From an uncultured Bacteroidota bacterium (GTDB lineage: Bacteria > Bacteroidota > Bacteroidia > Flavobacteriales > Flavobacteriaceae): 64,000 nucleotides of DNA. Below are positions 59,575 through 64,000 of the stretch, in pieces. Positions within the stretch are counted from its first letter, which is position 1, and each line of letters begins with the position of its first letter. Position numbers and translations under genes: made by a program. Location of the stretch: positions 22,342-86,341 of the forward strand of contig CACKQW010000001.1 of assembly GCA_902602415.1 (NCBI GenBank), in the 5' to 3' direction. The notes under the pieces are model-generated. The model did no database searches, had not been told where the DNA came from, and saw nothing but the letters and a program-made list of their open reading frames with translations.

Positions 59575-60555
59575 ATGCAAACTACAGTTTCTTCTAATTC
59601 TAATGAAAAGATATGGGGTGGTGGAAATAAACCAATGAATGCTTCATATGGAAAAATGATGATGTGGTTTTTTATTGTTTCAGATGCTCTAACGTTTTCT
59701 GGATTTATAGTTTCATATGGATTTGCAAGATTTAAGTTTGCTGATTCATGGCCAATTGCTGATGAGGTATTTACTCACGTTCCTTTCGTTCACGGAAAAG
59801 AACTTCCAATGATATATGTGGCATTCATGACTTTTGTTCTCATCATGTCATCTGTCACCATGGTTTTAGCTGTCGATGCTGGGCATAAAATGAAGAAGGC
59901 AAAAGTTACTTTCTATATGTTTTTGACAATTATTGGGGGCATAATTTTTGTCGGTTCTCAAGCTTGGGAATGGGCAACATTTATTAAAGGAGATTACGGC
60001 GCAGTTAAAACAAAAGGCGGAAATATTCTTCAATTTTTAGATGGTGAAACAAAAAAGAGAATTGCAGTGAGTGATTTTGCTTTTGAATTTGTTAATGATA
60101 GAGAACAACAACAAAAGTTCAATGGAATATGGTATCAATCGGAAAGTAGTCTACCCTCATTTTCTATTGATGAAGTTATTGCCGGAATGGAAGCTTCTCC
60201 AAATATTCTAATAAGAACACAATTATTGAACGAAAAGGGTCATAAGACCGTTTTATCTAGAGAAGAATCATTAGATATTTTAAAAAATACTGGTGTTTCT
60301 GTTGTAAATGGTGCGAATTTAATAGAGAATGAATATGGGGTTCCTTTATTTGCAAATTTCTTTTTCTTTATCACTGGATTTCACGGATTTCATGTATTTT
60401 CTGGAATTGTATTAAATATTATTATTTTTTTCAACGTAATTATTGGTACTTATGAAAAAAGAAAGAGTTATGAAATGGTTGAAAAGGTTGGGTTATATTG
60501 GCATTTTGTTGACTTAGTATGGGTTTTTGTATTTACATTTTTCTATTTAGTATAA
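59575..60555 (+). CDS. ctaE: cytochrome c oxidase subunit III (long form with hydrophilic insertion)
   Basis: 326 aa. ITGFHGFHVFSGI and YWHFVDLVWVFVF signatures. About 119 hydrophilic residues inserted after WEWATFIKG. Confidence 0.85.
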   Translation: MQTTVSSNSNEKIWGGGNKPMNASYGKMMMWFFIVSDALTFSGFIVSYGFARFKFADSWPIADEVFTHVPFVHGKELPMIYVAFMTFVLIMSSVTMVLAVDAGHKMKKAKVTFYMFLTIIGGIIFVGSQAWEWATFIKGDYGAVKTKGGNILQFLDGETKKRIAVSDFAFEFVNDREQQQKFNGIWYQSESSLPSFSIDEVIAGMEASPNILIRTQLLNEKGHKTVLSREESLDILKNTGVSVVNGANLIENEYGVPLFANFFFFITGFHGFHVFSGIVLNIIIFFNVIIGTYEKRKSYEMVEKVGLYWHFVDLVWVFVFTFFYLV

Positions 60556-60559
60556 TACC

Positions 60560-60949
60560 ATGGCAGATCACGCACATAAACTTGAAATATTTAGAGGACT
60601 AATTAAGTTTAAATCAAACACACAAAAAATAATCGGAGTGTTAATTTTACTTTCAATTGTAACCTTGATTGAGGTAGTTTTAGGTATATACAAGCCTGCT
60701 ATCTTAAACGAATATTTTTTAAACCTTAAATTACTAAATTGGATATTTATCATTTTGACAATTGTAAAGGCTTATTATATAACCTGGGATTTTATGCACA
60801 TGCGTGATGAAACATCTATTTTAAGAAGAGTTGTTGTTTGGACTGCTGTTTTCCTGATACTGTACCTGACTTTTATCTTAATTCAAGAGGGGGGTTATAT
60901 CTTTGATGAGTTTGATGATACATCAAATTATATCAAAAAAAACTTTTAA
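60560..60949 (+). CDS. small membrane subunit, probable cytochrome c oxidase subunit IV family
   Basis: 129 aa, three predicted TM helices, directly after coxIII. The call rests on position and topology only. Confidence 0.6.
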   Translation: MADHAHKLEIFRGLIKFKSNTQKIIGVLILLSIVTLIEVVLGIYKPAILNEYFLNLKLLNWIFIILTIVKAYYITWDFMHMRDETSILRRVVVWTAVFLILYLTFILIQEGGYIFDEFDDTSNYIKKNF

Positions 60950-60958
60950 TTTTTTATC

Positions 60959-61678
60959 GTGATTAATAAATTTTACAGGAAATGGGTGGTTCTTGGGATT
61001 CTTTTTTTATTACCAGTAGTTTTTTTACTTTTCCTGTATCCATCAACTAACAATTACAATACACTTGATATTGTGCAAGAAAATATCCATGAGTTAGATT
61101 CGCTAAATTTTGTGGATAACAATTCAACAACACTTGAAAGTAATATTACAATATTGAATTTTTTGGGAGATGACCCTGAAAATAAATTAACAAGTGTTTT
61201 AAATCTTAAAGAGCTAGTTTATGACAAATTTAAAGGATTTAAAAAGTTTCAAATTATAACAATTAGCTCGAAAAAATCGGAGCTTGCATTGAAGAAAGTA
61301 AAAAAAAAAATAATCCAATCGGATGAGCTTAAATATTGGTTTTTTGCATCAACCAACTTGAAAAATTATACAAACATATTTGAATCATTGAGGTCAAAAA
61401 ATGATTTAGATTCTTTAAATTATACCAGCCAGGTTTTTATAGTTGATAAACAAAAAAATCAGCGAGGTAGAATTGATGACAGAGATGAAGATGAAATAAA
61501 AAATGATTCAAAATTGATTGGTTTGTATAGTTACAATTCTGTACTAGTCTCGGAAATTAAGAAAAAAATGAATGATGATATTAGAATTTTATTTACAGAG
61601 TACCGACAAAAAAGAAAGGGAAATTTTAATTCAAATATCAGAAGATTAGATGATTTAGATCGAAATGAAAAAAAATAA
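60959..61678 (+). CDS. membrane-anchored hypothetical protein, probable degenerate SCO/thioredoxin-fold paralogue
   Basis: 239 aa, GTG start, N-terminal anchor. Eyeball co-linearity with the downstream SCO protein, but no Cys and no conserved His. Overlaps the SCO gene by 14 nt. Confidence 0.55.
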   Translation: MINKFYRKWVVLGILFLLPVVFLLFLYPSTNNYNTLDIVQENIHELDSLNFVDNNSTTLESNITILNFLGDDPENKLTSVLNLKELVYDKFKGFKKFQIITISSKKSELALKKVKKKIIQSDELKYWFFASTNLKNYTNIFESLRSKNDLDSLNYTSQVFIVDKQKNQRGRIDDRDEDEIKNDSKLIGLYSYNSVLVSEIKKKMNDDIRILFTEYRQKRKGNFNSNIRRLDDLDRNEKK

Positions 61679-62402
61679 AAATATAATCTGGTATATATTA
61701 ATTATCGCTTTTGGTTTAATTTTTGTTCCATTGATTTTAAACCGATTAAAAAGTAATGATATTGTAAGAAGTGAAAGCAGAAGTTTAAAGGTTGATAATT
61801 TTGAAAACAATGCCATCCCGCTTTCATTTTTAATTATAAATGATAAGAAGAAAAAAGTTCCACAATTTAATTTTAGAAATCAAAATGGAAGATTGATATC
61901 TAACAAAGATTATCTAGGTAAAGTTTATGTTATTGAATTCTTTTTTACCACATGTACTACAATTTGCCCAATTATGACTAATAATCTCGTTCACGTTCAA
62001 AATAGTTTCACTTCTTTTCCAGAATTTGGAATAGCATCATTTTCGATAAATCCTGAATATGACTCAGTTGAGATTTTAAAAAAATATGAAATTGAAAATG
62101 GCATAACGAACCCAAATTGGAACTTGATGACTGGTAATAGAAAAGAAATATATAAACTAGCAAATGAGGGTTTTAACTTATACACTGCGGCCAGTCCTGA
62201 CTTTGTGGATGGTTTTGAGCATTCTGGATACTTTGCTTTAGTCGATAAAGAAGGATACATTCGTTGTAGATCAGACAAATTTGGAAATCCACAGGTTTAT
62301 TATAAGGGCTCTGTTGATTATAAAGAGAAATTAGACATAAACGGAGAATCTGAAGAAATTTCTATTCTCAAAGAAGATCTTTTAAAATTATTAAGCGAGT
62401 AA
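61665..62402 (+). CDS. SCO family copper chaperone / thiol-disulfide oxidoreductase
   Basis: 245 aa. N-terminal anchor. CxxxC copper motif in FFFTTCTTICPIM and distal His in FEHSGYFALVD. Confidence 0.88.
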   Translation: MKKNKNIIWYILIIAFGLIFVPLILNRLKSNDIVRSESRSLKVDNFENNAIPLSFLIINDKKKKVPQFNFRNQNGRLISNKDYLGKVYVIEFFFTTCTTICPIMTNNLVHVQNSFTSFPEFGIASFSINPEYDSVEILKKYEIENGITNPNWNLMTGNRKEIYKLANEGFNLYTAASPDFVDGFEHSGYFALVDKEGYIRCRSDKFGNPQVYYKGSVDYKEKLDINGESEEISILKEDLLKLLSE

Positions 62403-62405
62403 AAT

Positions 62406-62924
62406 ATGGAAAGAGTTAAGTTATATAATAGATTAATCATAATTGTATCAATTTTAGTTCCTGTTATAGTTGCATTATTGTTTACTGTGAGAATACCGAA
62501 TGTTGAGCCGCTAAGTTTTCTGCCTCCAATCTATGCCTCAACTAACGCGTTAACAGCAATTCTATTAGTGTCAGCGGTTATTGCCATTAAGCAAAAAAAC
62601 AGAAAATTACATGAAAAATTAATCAAAATATGTATTGTGCTTTCACTACTTTTTTTGGTAATGTATATTGCATATCATATGACAAGTGACCCCACTCCTT
62701 TCGGAGGAGAAGGAATGGTAAAATATATTTACTACTTTATTTTAATTTCTCATATTTTACTTTCAATTACTGTTATCCCCTTTGTACTAGTTTCTTATGT
62801 TAGAGCAATCACAGGAGATTTTGAAAGGCACAGAAAAATTGCTAAGATAACTTTTCCAATTTGGTTATATGTTGCTGTAACTGGTGTTATAGTTTATTTA
62901 ATGATTGCACCATATTACAACTAA
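62406..62924 (+). CDS. DUF420 membrane protein (CtaM-like oxidase assembly factor family)
   Basis: 172 aa, 4 TM. HRKIAKITFPIWLYVAVTGVIVYLM resembles the DUF420 C-terminus. Conserved position after SCO. Confidence 0.8.
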   Translation: MERVKLYNRLIIIVSILVPVIVALLFTVRIPNVEPLSFLPPIYASTNALTAILLVSAVIAIKQKNRKLHEKLIKICIVLSLLFLVMYIAYHMTSDPTPFGGEGMVKYIYYFILISHILLSITVIPFVLVSYVRAITGDFERHRKIAKITFPIWLYVAVTGVIVYLMIAPYYN

Positions 62925-62925
62925 A

Positions 62926-63141
62926 ATGAAAAAGTTAATACTTATTATTTTTTCTTTATTATTTGTGATTGATGTATCTTTCTCTCAGTGTTCTATGTGT
63001 AGGGCTGTTTTGGAAAGCAGTGAAAATGAAGCTATGGCAAAAGGAATTAATAATGGAATTGCATATTTAGCTTTTATCCCTTACTTAATTGTGTTTGTTC
63101 TAATATTTTTTGTTTACAAGAGTGTTAGAAATTCTAATTGA
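62926..63141 (+). CDS. small secreted/tail-anchored protein with CxxC
   Basis: 71 aa from the ATG at 62926 (the ORF track extends to 62905 inside DUF420). Signal peptide MKKLILIIFSLLFVIDVSFS, then QCSMC, then a C-terminal TM helix. Confidence 0.5.
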   Translation: MKKLILIIFSLLFVIDVSFSQCSMCRAVLESSENEAMAKGINNGIAYLAFIPYLIVFVLIFFVYKSVRNSN

Positions 63142-63223
63142 TCTGACAGGCTTTTAACAACTAATTAACAGCAAAAGAGTTTTAATTTTAACATCTTTGT
63201 CAAAGAACAAAACATAAATTTTA

Positions 63224-63916
63224 ATGCTTAATATTAAAGACTTACATAAGTCATATGATATGGGTGAATCTAGCCTTCACGTCCTAAAAGGGATCAATTT
63301 AAAAGTTGAAAAAGGTGAAATGGTTGCTATTATGGGGTCCTCTGGTTCAGGGAAATCAACTTTATTAAATATTATAGGAATACTAGATGAGTTAGATGAG
63401 GGACAATATTTTTTAGATGGCATAGAAATTAAAGATCTAACTGAAAAGAAATCAGCAAACTACAGAAATAAATTTTTAGGTTTTGTTTTTCAGTCCTTCA
63501 ACCTAATTAATTTTAAAAATGCATTGGAAAATGTAGCATTACCATTATACTATCAAGGATTGAATCGAAAAGATCGGCTGGATAAAGCTCTGTTTCATTT
63601 AGAAAAAGTTGGTCTTGCAAATTGGGCCTCACATATGCCCAATGAGCTCTCGGGGGGACAAAAGCAAAGGGTTGCAATTGCACGTGCTTTAGCTGCAGAA
63701 CCAAAACTATTGTTGGCAGACGAACCTACTGGGGCCTTAGACTCAAATACTTCAAAAGAAATCATGAAATTCCTACAACAATTAAATGATGAAGGAAAAA
63801 CAATATTAATTGTTACACATGAGCATGATATTTCACTAATGTGTAAAAGAATTGTAAAGCTAAAAGACGGTATTATCACTGAGGATAAAAAAATTAAACA
63901 ACATAAGATTAAGTAA
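63224..63916 (+). CDS. ABC transporter ATP-binding protein (MacB/LolD-type)
   Basis: 230 aa. Walker A GSSGSGKST, signature LSGGQKQRVAIARAL, Walker B LLLADEPT. Confidence 0.93.
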   Translation: MLNIKDLHKSYDMGESSLHVLKGINLKVEKGEMVAIMGSSGSGKSTLLNIIGILDELDEGQYFLDGIEIKDLTEKKSANYRNKFLGFVFQSFNLINFKNALENVALPLYYQGLNRKDRLDKALFHLEKVGLANWASHMPNELSGGQKQRVAIARALAAEPKLLLADEPTGALDSNTSKEIMKFLQQLNDEGKTILIVTHEHDISLMCKRIVKLKDGIITEDKKIKQHKIK

Positions 63917-64000
63917 TGTTAGATTTTGGCTTATTAAGAGAGGTACTTCAAAGTTTAAATAAAAATAAGCTGAGAACACTACTTTCTGGATTTACTGTTG
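63916..64000 (+). CDS. ABC transporter permease (FtsX/MacB-type), 5' fragment running off the window
   Basis: The ATG overlaps the preceding TAA (TAATG). The translated MLDFGLLREVLQSLNKNKLRTLLSGFTV matches the usual N-terminus of FtsX-like permeases. Confidence 0.6.
   Translation, partial: MLDFGLLREVLQSLNKNKLRTLLSGFTV

Noticed and set aside
62905-62925. Upstream extension of the small ORF (MHHITTK...) given by the ORF track
   Set aside because: The extension lies inside the DUF420 coding sequence. The ATG at 62926 gives a canonical signal peptide start (MKKLILIIF) 1 nt after the DUF420 stop.
1-64000. Search for a novel accessory or defence system, mobile elements, prophage, integrase/transposase, CRISPR arrays, or long direct or inverted repeats
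   Set aside because: Every ORF longer than 130 aa has a recognisable housekeeping, respiratory or envelope family. The few unknown ORFs (16-243, 11871-12275, 60959-61678, 62926-63141) are single genes embedded in conserved operons. I saw no repeat-spacer periodicity, no atypical-composition island and no tRNA-flanked insertion. The region looks like core genome.
1-64000. Sigma-54 (-24 GG / -12 GC, TGGCAC-N5-TTGC) promoters, since rpoN is encoded here
   Set aside because: Scanning the intergenic gaps by eye found no match with correct spacing. No enhancer-binding protein gene is present in the window.

Overview
This window is AT-rich (roughly 30% G+C by eye, not computed) and extremely gene-dense, with about 1.7-1.8 kb of non-coding gaps in 64 kb by my hand tally. 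It reads as core chromosome of a streamlined member of Bacteroidota, class Flavobacteriia. The markers are the SprA/T9SS translocon, an alternative complex III operon fused to aa3-type oxidase genes, DUF2723 and SPOR proteins, TAnnTTTG -7 promoter boxes and no Shine-Dalgarno signals. Gene content in order: small membrane ORF, aspS, polyprenyl synthase, sucA, M16 peptidase (opposite strand), sucB, tatD, tRNA-Ser(GGA), exbB-(4TM ORF)-exbD-exbD, rpoN, asnS, MMPL/RND transporter, frr, pyrH, tsf, rpsB, rpsI, rplM, polA, MFS sugar transporter, a cysteine-less thioredoxin-fold protein, DUF2723 membrane protein, tRNA-Gln(UUG), rimP-nusA-infB, SPOR protein, actABCDEF-coxII-coxI, ruvB-queG-ruvA, sprA, gcvH, a TonB-like protein, ctaB-coxIII(short)-coxIII(long)-coxIV-(SCO-like)-SCO-DUF420-(small CxxC ORF), and an ABC ATPase plus the start of its permease. 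I found no transposase, integrase, phage gene, CRISPR array, toxin-antitoxin pair, defence-like cluster or block of unknown genes. I therefore do not see a convincing novel multi-gene system here and will not claim one. The items worth follow-up are small-scale. They are: a strong hairpin plus U-tract in the rimP-nusA-infB leader behind a tRNA gene; a redox-dead thioredoxin; a Cys/His-less SCO paralogue and a small CxxC protein in the oxidase assembly cluster; a polA with a degenerate proofreading motif; His-rich and inserted segments in ActF, CoxI and CoxIII; four convergent gene pairs with zero or negative spacing; and a consistent set of 13 correctly oriented TAnnTTTG boxes, several implying leaderless mRNAs. 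All functional calls rest on motif and family recognition by eye; no database search was run.
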